Source: an uncultured Verrucomicrobiae bacterium (GTDB lineage: Bacteria > Chlamydiota > Chlamydiia > Chlamydiales > Rhabdochlamydiaceae). From it: a stretch of DNA of 64,000 nt. The translations under genes were made by a program, and so were the position numbers. How positions within the stretch are numbered: the first letter of the stretch is position 1; the number at the start of each line of letters is the position of its first letter. The notes under the pieces were generated by a model that had not been told where the DNA came from, ran no database searches, and saw only the letters and a list, made by a program, of their open reading frames with translations. Of this stretch, positions 28,835 to 38,043 are shown piece by piece. The stretch covers positions 29,437 to 93,436 of the forward strand of contig CAWESW010000056.1 of the NCBI GenBank assembly GCA_963811735.1. The letters run 5' to 3'.

Positions 28835-30292
28835 ATGTCAGCTTTAAGTAATGTACATTCATTTTCTAATTATGCATCTGCACCTTCGGCCCGCGATTCC
28901 TTAGCTCTCTCACCTCAAACATTAAACTTTAAATTCGCTCTCCCCGGAAATCAACCGCAAGAGCGTACTGCCGTTTATAACCCTCCCCACCTAAAATTTC
29001 ATTTTTCACGGCCAAGCGACTCACAACTGAGGACAGGGGATGCTTTTGGAAATGGGACATCTTCTTCCCGATTTGCGAATAGGGTTCACGTGCAAAGCGG
29101 AGGATTACCCGACCAGGCCCCTCTCGGCACTCTAGTTTTGAGCGGAAATGATCTTATCAATAATGTTGCCGGCAATGTCAGATCGATCTTTTCCGGGGCT
29201 AATAAAGTGTTTGACACTAAGAATCCGGCGGCTCTCGCAGCTCTTGGATTTACCTCGGGATTTAGCATTTTCTCAGGCCCTGTGAATGTCATCAATGGGA
29301 TCAAAGAGGTAAAAACGGCGGAGAAGACCTCTGATGCAGCAGGAAGAGCACTAGCCTATCTTAAGATTGCCAGAGGAGTTGTGTTTGCAACCGCCGGGGT
29401 TGTGCTTATCCCTGTGCGTGTATTGACAATTGTATCGCTGTGGACGGCATCTCAAATCGTTGCCACCATGGCCGGGACACTGGGAAGCGCCGGCAGCGCC
29501 TTGTTTTCCATTGGTTCCTTTCTCGTAGGCATTGGTTTAGGGATCCGACTCCATGAACAGCGTTGCTTCCGCAAAGAGCTCAATGCCATCCTGAAGGACC
29601 CTGCTTTAAACGAAGAAATGCGCTCTGTCAAGGCTTTGGAACATCTTAAGAAGCTGGCGACGGTCAGTCCAGAAGAAAAAACGCAATTTTTAAATGAGCT
29701 TGAAGCGGATCCACAATACTGCGCGCTCAGTCCAGAGCAGCAAGCAGAAAAAAAGACGGAAAAAGAGAAGTTGCTACTCGAAAGAAAAGAGGCTTTTCTT
29801 AAGCGTGTCACAAGTGGCGAGTGTCTCAAGCTCATCCGTCAGCAAGGGCCCTCTGAAGCAAAGGCCGTGATCGCGGCTGTCCAGAAACAATCTCTGGAAA
29901 AGGTGATTATCGCATCGATCTCGATGGCTCTTGTCTGCATCGGCCTTGCAACGACCGCTGCCTCTTTTGTATTTACCGGGCCCATTGCGATCATTACCTT
30001 GATTGCCGTTGGCCTTGCGACGTCGTTCGCCTGGATGCTGGTATTAGGCTATGGTTTATTCCAGGAATTTATGAACAGTGAACCGGGCCGCTTCGACAAG
30101 CTTTGGATTTTCCTTTCGAGTGTAGCCGCGACGGTTTCTGTCGCTACTATTTTCTTCCTTTCCGGGGGCACAGCTGCAATCCTCGCATCTCTAACTGCAG
30201 GGGTCATCTGGCTTGGCATCAACGGAGTCTGCTACTACCGCCTGCACGAACTCGAAAAAAAGAAAGAAGCCGCTCTGCAGCTGCAGAATTAG
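28835..30292 (+). CDS. Inc-like membrane protein with multiple hydrophobic hairpins
   Basis: Ser-rich N-terminus; 40-60 aa bilobed hydrophobic stretches; paralogous motifs (KRVTSGEC vs SRVTDEDC, PGRFDK vs PGLHDK). Confidence 0.8.
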   Translation: MSALSNVHSFSNYASAPSARDSLALSPQTLNFKFALPGNQPQERTAVYNPPHLKFHFSRPSDSQLRTGDAFGNGTSSSRFANRVHVQSGGLPDQAPLGTLVLSGNDLINNVAGNVRSIFSGANKVFDTKNPAALAALGFTSGFSIFSGPVNVINGIKEVKTAEKTSDAAGRALAYLKIARGVVFATAGVVLIPVRVLTIVSLWTASQIVATMAGTLGSAGSALFSIGSFLVGIGLGIRLHEQRCFRKELNAILKDPALNEEMRSVKALEHLKKLATVSPEEKTQFLNELEADPQYCALSPEQQAEKKTEKEKLLLERKEAFLKRVTSGECLKLIRQQGPSEAKAVIAAVQKQSLEKVIIASISMALVCIGLATTAASFVFTGPIAIITLIAVGLATSFAWMLVLGYGLFQEFMNSEPGRFDKLWIFLSSVAATVSVATIFFLSGGTAAILASLTAGVIWLGINGVCYYRLHELEKKKEAALQLQN

Positions 30293-30341
30293 GTATTTCA
30301 AGCTTGACAGCGCACCGGTTTTATTCTTAGGATCCAATCCT

Positions 30342-31220
30342 ATGCAGCAATGGATTGAGGATTTTCTCTCTTATCTTGGATCTGAGAAGGGACTTGCCCA
30401 AAATACGCTGATATCCTATCGGCGGGATATCGGCATGTTCGCAGATTTGCTCACGGAAAAAGGCGTTTCATCCTTTGATCTTGCGAGCGAGGAAGATGTG
30501 ATCTCCTTTCTATCGAAATTAAAAAGTCAGGATTATGCGACAAGTTCGATCTGCCGTGCGATGGTGGCTGTGAAGATGTGTTTTAGGTTTTTGAAAAGGG
30601 AAAAGGCCGTTGAAAAAGACGTGACGCTGCATCTCGATTCTCCAAAGATGTGGCAATTGATCCCGGAGGTTTTGACGATCGCTGAGGTAGACGCACTATT
30701 AAAAGCGCCCGATGCTTCCACTTCGAGAGGCGCCCGCGACAAGGCGGTTTTGCAGGTGATCTATGCTTCTGGTTTACGCGTCTCCGAGGTATGTGGGCTA
30801 AATTTACAAGATGTGGATGATCAGATTGTCCGCGTCCGAGGAAAAGGGGGGAAGGAACGGGTCGTTCCGATCGCAAAATCAGCAGTAGACGCGATCGATT
30901 TTTACTTGAAGCATTATCGTCAGCATGGGGAGAGGGAAGATGAGCCCGCTCTTTTTGTCAGCGATAGGGGCAAGAGGATCGACAGGACGCTCGTCTGGAA
31001 GAGGGTCAAGTTCTACGCCGGGTCAGCCGGAATCTTAAAAGAGATCTCGCCGCACACGCTCAGGCATTCTTTTGCGACCCACTTACTGGAGAACGGGGCG
31101 GACTTGCGCGTGATCCAGGAGATGCTGGGCCATTCCAACATTGCGACGACAGACCGCTATACCCACATCAGCCAGAGACATCTGACAGAGGCTTTCGAGG
31201 CCTTTCATCCTAGACCTTAG
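30342..31220 (+). CDS. xerD: Site-specific tyrosine recombinase XerD
   Basis: EKGLAQNT..SYRRD, YASGLRVSE, SPHTLRHSFATHLL, LGHSNIATTDRYTH. Confidence 0.9.
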   Translation: MQQWIEDFLSYLGSEKGLAQNTLISYRRDIGMFADLLTEKGVSSFDLASEEDVISFLSKLKSQDYATSSICRAMVAVKMCFRFLKREKAVEKDVTLHLDSPKMWQLIPEVLTIAEVDALLKAPDASTSRGARDKAVLQVIYASGLRVSEVCGLNLQDVDDQIVRVRGKGGKERVVPIAKSAVDAIDFYLKHYRQHGEREDEPALFVSDRGKRIDRTLVWKRVKFYAGSAGILKEISPHTLRHSFATHLLENGADLRVIQEMLGHSNIATTDRYTHISQRHLTEAFEAFHPRP

Positions 31221-31295
31221 AGGGTGCTGTGAAATTCATTAAAAACTTTTGTTACGGACCACTAGAGTCTTTCGTTGAATTAAGGCTTCGTCGAT
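31219..31295. repeat. Two solo palindromic-element ends after the xerD stop
   Basis: AGAGGGTGCTGTGAAATTCATT resembles the 47620 end; AGAGTCTTTCGTTGAATTAAGGCTTCGTCGAT matches the reverse complement of the copy-2 right end. Confidence 0.75.
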
Positions 31296-31453
31296 GTCGT
31301 CCTTTCTGTATGTAATTGACATTAAAAATTTCACTCACACCTCTCGCTCTGATCATAGTATTATTTATTTAATGAAGTGCATCTTAATAATTGACAAAAA
31401 CGGAAATAACTAATATTATATTTATTGTATTTGCATTAAGCGGAGTAAAGCAA

Positions 31454-32758
31454 ATGAATTTAGTTATACAAAAAATAATAGAAGAAAGTAATAACTCAAT
31501 CATTGCTAGCAAAAATGCAATCGAGGCTAGCAATAGATCGCTGATTGCCAGCAAAAGTGCAATCGCAGCCAGCAAAGGGATTATTGCTGCCAGCAACAGA
31601 TCTATTATCGACAGCAATTTCTCTATCGCTGCTAGCAACAGAACCCTGACGACTTGCCGAAGCGATGAGCACAAAAAATCGGACTCTGAGAAGGTGGCAA
31701 GCCGCGTTGCCTGCGAGAAGATGTCTGTATCAAATGCATCGGACGTCATTCCTGTTGAAGTGGTTACATCAAAAAAAAGACGCGACCCTCCTGTATTTGA
31801 TGCTTCCAATGAGGTGTGTGTCGGAAGGCACCCTGTCTTGGGCTATCAAATGTACAATCCTAAAGGAGTCGGACTGTGCTATCAATTGACAGCTGCCTTA
31901 CTCCATATTTTTGAAAAAAATAACATTCCATTTTTCCCCATTGGAGGAACGATCCTGGGTGCGGTTAGGCATGGAGGCCATATTCCCTGGGATGACGACG
32001 AAGACTTTGCTGTTTCTGAGAATGAAGAGTTACTATGCAATAACAAATCTTTTTTAGAGGATTTAAATCGGGCTGGGCTTTGCATAAGTAAATTTTATTT
32101 TGGATATAAAGTATTCAGTAAAGAAGTCTACCCTTACATGCATTACATGCCTGCAGATTACGATGGTGAAAGCTATTACTGGCCGTTCATTGATCTCTTT
32201 TCTGTAAAAAAAGAGGATTCCGATGAGAACAAATGGGTATATACTTCAGAGCGTGCGCGTCACACTTGGCCCGATTTCTATATGGAAGAGGAACTTTACG
32301 ATGAAAATGGTTTGATGCCCGCCATTCAATATGGGCCGATTCGGATGCCTCTTCCTGTCAAAAGCGAAAATATTCTCGATAGAGGCTACAGTAATTGGCG
32401 GACACACTGCAAGACTGGCTGGGATGATGTGCAAAAGCAAAATCACGAAGGAGCCTATGAATTAGTCGAATTGACAAATGAGTTACGTCAGCCTGCTAAT
32501 TTTGAGTACGAACCTCGCTTTGGCAAAGGAGATTGGCATTATCCCCACTGTCCTCAGGAGCGCATTCGTCACTTCTATGAACAGCGGCTGCAAGAATTGC
32601 AAGACGTGAAGGGAATGTCCATTCATGAACACTTGCAATCGGGTGACGATGATCAAAAGGATCTGATCTGCTTTGTAAAAACGAAATACGGACAGCAGCT
32701 TTCATCCTTTCCTCTTAGGTCCTCTTACAACTACTTTATGCCTCTGAACTTAAATTAG
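31454..32758 (+). CDS. LicD-family nucleotidyl/phosphotransferase with N-terminal heptad repeats
   Basis: GGTILGAVRHGGHIPWDDDEDF and FIDLF motifs. Confidence 0.85.
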   Translation: MNLVIQKIIEESNNSIIASKNAIEASNRSLIASKSAIAASKGIIAASNRSIIDSNFSIAASNRTLTTCRSDEHKKSDSEKVASRVACEKMSVSNASDVIPVEVVTSKKRRDPPVFDASNEVCVGRHPVLGYQMYNPKGVGLCYQLTAALLHIFEKNNIPFFPIGGTILGAVRHGGHIPWDDDEDFAVSENEELLCNNKSFLEDLNRAGLCISKFYFGYKVFSKEVYPYMHYMPADYDGESYYWPFIDLFSVKKEDSDENKWVYTSERARHTWPDFYMEEELYDENGLMPAIQYGPIRMPLPVKSENILDRGYSNWRTHCKTGWDDVQKQNHEGAYELVELTNELRQPANFEYEPRFGKGDWHYPHCPQERIRHFYEQRLQELQDVKGMSIHEHLQSGDDDQKDLICFVKTKYGQQLSSFPLRSSYNYFMPLNLN

Positions 32759-32805
32759 ATAACAATGGACACCTTCAAGAAAACAGCGACTTTCATTTCT
32801 TCCAT

Positions 32806-33930
32806 TTGAATTCAAGAGAACTCGCTTGCCTTTATCACATCCTGCTCCATTACACCATAAGTCAAGAGCACTCAGCAAACGATTCTATTTTTCGACATTA
32901 TGTGTTTGAACTCGAAAACTACTTCCTTCAATTAACGAGACTCGATAAAGAGAAATCTGAATCTATTTTCAGTGAACTTTTTACATTTGAAGAACAAAAG
33001 CAAAACCCGTTTTTGGAAAAATTTTTAAATGCCATCCATGAATCCGACAAGTCCCGTTTTCTCGCCCTCCAAAAAATTAACGAAAATGCAAGTCTCTTAA
33101 TCGATTATGTTTTCATCAGTGACAAAATATCGGATCAGACTGACTGTGCAAAAAAAATTGTGCGCTTGGCTTTAGAAAGTAAAACGGACATTATGGGCGG
33201 CCTTGGAAAGTATTTAGCAATGAATACAAATGAAAACATCTTCGATCTTCAGCCGCTTTACCTCTATGAAAAAAGCAATCCACACTTACAGTACATGGGC
33301 AGCGTGGAACACTTTTTTAAAGGCAAATTGGTTACATCTACAATTTATAAGGATCGATTATCCCAAAGATATCTCATTAACCCTGATTACCCCAATCGCA
33401 TGCTTTTTGCTGTGATCGACCCCAGTAGAATTTATGACAATTTTCCCACTTCTACACTGGGCGAACGTATTTTTTATATGGGATCTGCAAGCGCCATGAT
33501 GACAACCAGTTATCGAGGAAAATATCAGAACAAGCGCATTCATGTTTTGGAAGCTCACGATCGAAAGGTAGGAGGGTTAGCTTTTGAACTGATTGCATGG
33601 AGTCTAAATCTCATGCTTCCCCAACCCCAGACAGGAGCGATTCCCGAGATAAAAAAGAAGCTCGTTGTACATCTTCTGCCCGAAGACAGCGATCAGACCG
33701 AACAAGGAGTTTATCCCGCACAATGGATCTCATCTGTGGGAGGAAATGATCACAACGCTGAGTTTTTTAATCTGACCGCGTCGGGGTTGATTCATGCGGA
33801 TCAAATTGTCTTCCTTAAAGCCCATGACCTTGAACGCCTTCAAAACGGCCATTCGTTGAAGGGTGCTGCTTACTTCCGAGCTTGTCGGCCGATCGAAGTG
33901 AACGAGTGGGTAGCCTACCAGAAAGAATAA
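32806..33930 (+). CDS. Hypothetical protein
   Basis: 374-aa AT-rich ORF with no recognised motif; start uncertain. Confidence 0.7.
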   Translation: MNSRELACLYHILLHYTISQEHSANDSIFRHYVFELENYFLQLTRLDKEKSESIFSELFTFEEQKQNPFLEKFLNAIHESDKSRFLALQKINENASLLIDYVFISDKISDQTDCAKKIVRLALESKTDIMGGLGKYLAMNTNENIFDLQPLYLYEKSNPHLQYMGSVEHFFKGKLVTSTIYKDRLSQRYLINPDYPNRMLFAVIDPSRIYDNFPTSTLGERIFYMGSASAMMTTSYRGKYQNKRIHVLEAHDRKVGGLAFELIAWSLNLMLPQPQTGAIPEIKKKLVVHLLPEDSDQTEQGVYPAQWISSVGGNDHNAEFFNLTASGLIHADQIVFLKAHDLERLQNGHSLKGAAYFRACRPIEVNEWVAYQKE

Positions 33931-34048
33931 AAAAATTGTACATTTTCACGTTGTAAAAAACCTGGGCATTGATCCAAAATTTGTCTTAACTCGATTTTCC
34001 AATTGTTTTGGCTACGAGTTTAATGATTTTTATCAATGGAGGTTTGCA

Positions 34049-34393
34049 ATGAAACGTTTACTTCAGTTCATCGCGTTACTACTTCCCTTCTTCTATATGG
34101 TCAATGTTTATTCGGGGTCTAGCCAGAAAGACCTAGCAAAATATTTGCCTCACGAGCAAAAGATTTATATTCTCCCCGGACAACTGGAGTTGAATTCGGA
34201 GGGGATTTTTGTTAACTGCGAGAATCAATGGTTCGAAACAGACTCTCTTTTCGCTGATGAGAAAGGAATATTCATTCAAAACCTATGGCCGCAAGAGGAT
34301 GGTTGCAGGAAAGGGTATGTTCCCTGTCGCAACTGCCAGCAATGTGTGAATATCCATTACGATATTTGTCCTCATTGCAATAGACCTGTGTAG
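34049..34393 (+). CDS. Small secreted protein with C-terminal CxxCxxC...CxxC cluster
   Basis: GGAGG RBS, signal-peptide-like N-terminus, CRNCQQC...CPHC. Confidence 0.75.
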   Translation: MKRLLQFIALLLPFFYMVNVYSGSSQKDLAKYLPHEQKIYILPGQLELNSEGIFVNCENQWFETDSLFADEKGIFIQNLWPQEDGCRKGYVPCRNCQQCVNIHYDICPHCNRPV

Positions 34394-34403
34394 GGGGAAC
34401 CTA

Positions 34404-34435
34404 AGAGACTGTCCACAAACTAAGGCTTCGGCGAT
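34404..34435. repeat. Solo family A end
   Basis: AGAGACTGTCCACAAACTAAGGCTTCGGCGAT preceded by CTA. Confidence 0.65.
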
Positions 34436-34441
34436 CGCAAG

Positions 34442-34607
34442 TATACTGCGGTCGGCCTGAAACGTTGATTTTATGCCCTGAATTTTTTCGTATGACGAAG
34501 CGTGGAGCTTAGACCGCCATCTTCCTGCCAGCTGGCGAGGGCGAACGCAAAGTCAGACGGAAAAAGGCAGGCGCAGAAAATCAACGTTTCAGGCCGACCG
34601 CAGTATA
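34442..34607. mobile_element. Palindromic element with TATAC termini (166 bp)
   Basis: 31-bp perfect terminal IR TATACTGCGGTCGGCCTGAAACGTTGATTTT; solo end also at 57237-57259. Confidence 0.88.
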
Positions 34608-34810
34608 AGGGGGCCTTGCACCTCTCCAAGATGTAAATGTGATGGGTCCAGCTAATTTCTGCCAGCAATGCTGTCAGATTTGGTTATCACGATAAGAAAT
34701 GTATAAGTCCCTCATTCTTCATATGTTACGAGATGACAGCCATTTCATTCTAGGGAAGGGTTTTTGCAAATCTTTGGCAAACTGTTCAACTATTTAAGTT
34801 TCCCATGAGT
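34608..34810 (-). pseudogene. DUF1016/YhcG N-terminal remnant
   Basis: Hand translation IVEQFAKDLQKPFPRMKWLSSRNI*RMRDLYISYRDNQ / LTALLAEISWTHHIYILERCK resembles the DUF1016 N-domain; contains stops and a shift; cut at the element. Confidence 0.7.
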
Positions 34811-34815
34811 CTGTT

Positions 34816-35616
34816 TTATTCCTCTTCTTTCGATTGCAAGGAGAGCTTATGCGCATACTCGTAAGCGGCCAAAAAGGTGTTTATAATGCCTCCCCGCAAA
34901 GCAAGCTCTTCCAGCTTTCTTAGTCCTGCGATAGTTGTTCCTTGAGGAGATGTGATTTGCCACTTGAGTTCTCCAGGATGCTTAGAGCTTTTTTTTAAAA
35001 GAGCAAGGCTGCCTTGCAACATTTGATAGACTAATTCTCGAGCATCTTTAGAGGCAAAGCCCATCGCAATACCAGCATCGATCATTGCTTCTGCGAGCAC
35101 AAAAACGAAGGCAGGTCCGGAACCTGCCAAAGCTGTCAACGCATCCATTTTTTCCTCGGGCAGCCAAAACGTTTTCCCAAGTGTCTCAATGGTCAATGTC
35201 AGGCGTTCCTTATCCTCTTTTTTTATTTTCTCATCAGAGGATAGACCAATGACGCCCTCCCCATGAATAAGGGCTAAATTTGGCATCATGCGCACGATGT
35301 GCGCGGTTGGAAAATGTCTCCTAAGGGTTTTAATTGGAGTCCCTGCCAATATACTCACAATCATCTGAGCCTCTTGCAAGTTGTCATTGACTGATCCAAC
35401 TATCTGTCTCAAGTTCTGTGGTTTTACCGCAAGAATGATCGCTTCTGAATCGTGCAAGGCATCCTTAACATCTTTACAGGCCTTCCCGTAACCCTTTTGT
35501 TCAAGATGCTCAGCTTTTTCAACGCGATGATCATAGAGAAATATCTGATTCGTCTGTGACAGGCGTTGCGCTAAAGCGCTACCCATGTTTCCGCATCCAA
35601 TAATTGCAATTCGCAT
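34816..35616 (-). CDS. proC: Pyrroline-5-carboxylate reductase
   Basis: IIGCGNMG, LAVKPQ, RMMPN, GSGPAF, SPQGTTIAG. Confidence 0.95.
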   Translation of the reverse strand: MRIAIIGCGNMGSALAQRLSQTNQIFLYDHRVEKAEHLEQKGYGKACKDVKDALHDSEAIILAVKPQNLRQIVGSVNDNLQEAQMIVSILAGTPIKTLRRHFPTAHIVRMMPNLALIHGEGVIGLSSDEKIKKEDKERLTLTIETLGKTFWLPEEKMDALTALAGSGPAFVFVLAEAMIDAGIAMGFASKDARELVYQMLQGSLALLKKSSKHPGELKWQITSPQGTTIAGLRKLEELALRGGIINTFLAAYEYAHKLSLQSKEEE

Positions 35617-35626
35617 ATAAAATCCT

Positions 35627-36886
35627 TTATGTTCTAACTTGATAATTGCCGCGAACAATCCATTTGTAAGAGGTCAATTCGCTTAACCCCATCGGGCCTC
35701 TGGCATGCAGTTTTTGAGTACTGACTGCAACCTCGGCACCTAAACCAAACTGCCCCCCATCAGTAAAGCGCGTAGAAGCATTGACGTAGACTGCTGCCGA
35801 GTCCACAGCTTTAATGAACAGCTCGGCGTGTTGATGGCTTTCTGTTAATATCCCATCGCTATGACCTGTGCTATGAACTTGGATATGCTCAATAGCCTCT
35901 TCCAGGTTCTCTACGATCTTAACTCCGAGGACAAGGCTTAACCATTCCGTATTCCAATCGTTTGATTCTGCAAGCTTGCAAGTAGGCTCCTGCAGCAGCA
36001 TGGAGGCCTTGTGATCCAGACGAAAAGTCACTCCTTCCTTACTTAATATTTTCACAATCTCAGGAATGAAAAGAGGCGCCACAGCTGCATGAACCAACAA
36101 CGTGTTCAATGCATTGCATACCGTTGGCCTTTGCGTTTTAGCATTCATAATGACCAAGAGAGAGCGTTCCAAATCAGCGGTCTCGTCTACAAACAAATGA
36201 CAGATCCCTACCCCTCCGGTGATCACCGGAATAGTACTATGCTCTCGGCAGAACTGTTGTAATGCCGAGCTTCCCCGAGGAATGATCAAATCAACATATT
36301 CATGCAACTGAAGCAACTTTTTTATTTCATCACGGTTAGAATTAGCAACGAGTTGAATCGCTTCTGCAGGAAGACCGACCTCTTCAAGAGATTGTTGAAT
36401 AACCTCGACCAATCGTTGGTTTGTTAGAAGACTTTCTGAGCCTCCACGTAATATCGCGCAGTTGCCCGACTTAATCGCTAACGTGCTGATATCGAGAGTT
36501 ACATTTGGCCTTGATTCATAAATCACTCCCAGAACTCCTATAGGGATCCGGCATTTTGCCAATTGAAGTTGATTGGGTAGGCTTTGCTCGTCAAACAATG
36601 CTCCAACTGGATCTGGAAGGCCAATGACTTGGGTGATGTCATGGATAATCCCTTCTAAACGATTTTCTAAATTCAGTCTTTCCAACATGGCAGCATTTAG
36701 TCCATTAGCTTTTGCAAGCAATATATCCTGTGCATTAGCTTGTAAAATAGATTCGCGATATTTTTTCAAATTTTCAATTAAAACTTCCAAAGCTCCATTT
36801 TTTTGTTCCAGAGGAGCTTTAGCCATTTCAAAGTTAGCTTTTTTGGCAGCAATAGCCATTTTATTTAAATCTACCTGAGCGTTCAT
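35627..36886 (-). CDS. proA: Gamma-glutamyl phosphate reductase
   Basis: IYESRPNVT, RPTVCNA, NASTRFTDGGQFGLGAE, KLHARGPMG. Confidence 0.95.
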   Translation of the reverse strand: MNAQVDLNKMAIAAKKANFEMAKAPLEQKNGALEVLIENLKKYRESILQANAQDILLAKANGLNAAMLERLNLENRLEGIIHDITQVIGLPDPVGALFDEQSLPNQLQLAKCRIPIGVLGVIYESRPNVTLDISTLAIKSGNCAILRGGSESLLTNQRLVEVIQQSLEEVGLPAEAIQLVANSNRDEIKKLLQLHEYVDLIIPRGSSALQQFCREHSTIPVITGGVGICHLFVDETADLERSLLVIMNAKTQRPTVCNALNTLLVHAAVAPLFIPEIVKILSKEGVTFRLDHKASMLLQEPTCKLAESNDWNTEWLSLVLGVKIVENLEEAIEHIQVHSTGHSDGILTESHQHAELFIKAVDSAAVYVNASTRFTDGGQFGLGAEVAVSTQKLHARGPMGLSELTSYKWIVRGNYQVRT

Positions 36887-37689
36887 TGTGTTTTTTCCTC
36901 TTCAAACTTGATTTCGTTCATATTTTCTGGAAACAATGTCCCAATCCGTTTGCCCTCAACAAGGTCGATCAAAACATTGTGGCGGGAAGAAGAAGCGATG
37001 ATGGTCCGTATTCCCGACTGTGAAGCAATTTGCGCGGCTTTAATTTTTGTTGCCATTCCTCCGGTCCCAAGAGATGTAGAGGAGCCTCCTGCAAGGGCGC
37101 AAATCTTTTCATCGATGTGATCGACGACAGGGATGAATTTTGCATCGGGGTTATGACGAGGATCGGCAGTATATAGCCCTTCTTGATCGGTTAAGAGTAT
37201 AACGGTATCCGCTGAAATTAAATTTGCAACTAATGCAGCTAAATTATCATTGTTTCCAAGACATATTTCTTTCGTTGCAATAGTGTCATTTTCATTAATA
37301 ATGGGGATGACATGGTGCTGTAATAAACAGACCAAAGTATCCCTTGTGAGATGACGTTTACGGTTGCTGAAGTCATCCTTCGTCAAAAGTAATTGCCCTA
37401 CCTGAAGATCAAATAAGGAACACAATTCTGACCAGATTTGCATCAATTTTACCTGTCCAATTGAAGCTAACGTTTGTTTTGATGGTAGTCGATCGATCTC
37501 ATGAGAGTTTAAAAGCCCTCGTCCTGTTGCAATAGCTCCTGAACTCACCAGGATAAGTTGTAACCCCCGGTTCTGCAATTGAGCAATTTGCTGTACCAGC
37601 CCCAACATATAACGTCGGGATAGTTTTTGAGTCCCTTGTGTTAGAGTGCTTGTGCCCACTTTAATAACAATTTTCCGCATCGCTTTCAT
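36883..37689 (-). CDS. proB: Glutamate 5-kinase (no PUA domain)
   Basis: IVIKVGTSTL, VSSGAI, PIINEND, GTGGMATK. Confidence 0.93.
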   Translation of the reverse strand: MKAMRKIVIKVGTSTLTQGTQKLSRRYMLGLVQQIAQLQNRGLQLILVSSGAIATGRGLLNSHEIDRLPSKQTLASIGQVKLMQIWSELCSLFDLQVGQLLLTKDDFSNRKRHLTRDTLVCLLQHHVIPIINENDTIATKEICLGNNDNLAALVANLISADTVILLTDQEGLYTADPRHNPDAKFIPVVDHIDEKICALAGGSSTSLGTGGMATKIKAAQIASQSGIRTIIASSSRHNVLIDLVEGKRIGTLFPENMNEIKFEEEKTQ

Positions 37690-37818
37690 AAATAAACCAA
37701 TTTTTAAAAAATACAAATAATTTGCATTTATTAATTTCAAATAATTGAAATTAATGAGAAATAGGTCAGGTTCTAGAATATCCAGAACCAAAATTGCGCA
37801 GATGTAATAAAAAAATAA

Positions 37819-37893
37819 TTACCCTGAAAAGGGAGGGGGAGGTGGGGTATTGATGATCTGACGATTGGATAGTGTAAAAAATGCTTTTTTCAT
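37819..37893 (-). promoter_or_regulatory. Putative leader peptide MKKAFFTLSNRQIINTPPPPPFSG upstream of proBAC
   Basis: Hand translation: CCA CCT CCC CCT CCC run; GGTGG RBS; same strand, ending 130 bp before proB. Confidence 0.75.
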
Positions 37894-37951
37894 ATCTACC
37901 ACCAATAGCGGGAACTACAAAATTTAGGACTATTGCCCTTTTATGAGTATC

Positions 37952-37980
37952 ATTTTACTAAAGAGAAACATTAATTGCTA
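37952..37980 (-). promoter_or_regulatory. Putative sigma66/70 promoter of leader-proBAC
   Basis: TAGCAA-17 bp-TAAAAT on the minus strand. Confidence 0.45.
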
Positions 37981-38013
37981 CATCGCCTCTTCAAATATTT
38001 TTCACGCAAGCTA

Positions 38014-38043
38014 AGAGTCTGTCATTGAATTAAGGTTTCGTCG
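38014..38043. repeat. Solo family A end overlapping the RND gene stop
   Basis: AGAGTCTGTCATTGAATTAAGGTTTCGTCG, 27/30 identical to 31264-31293. Confidence 0.8.

Noticed and set aside
30342-38043. Classical integron (integrase plus attC cassettes)
   Set aside because: The recombinase looks like housekeeping XerD with no IntI-specific insertion; the sites lack RYYYAAC/GTTRRRY attC ends
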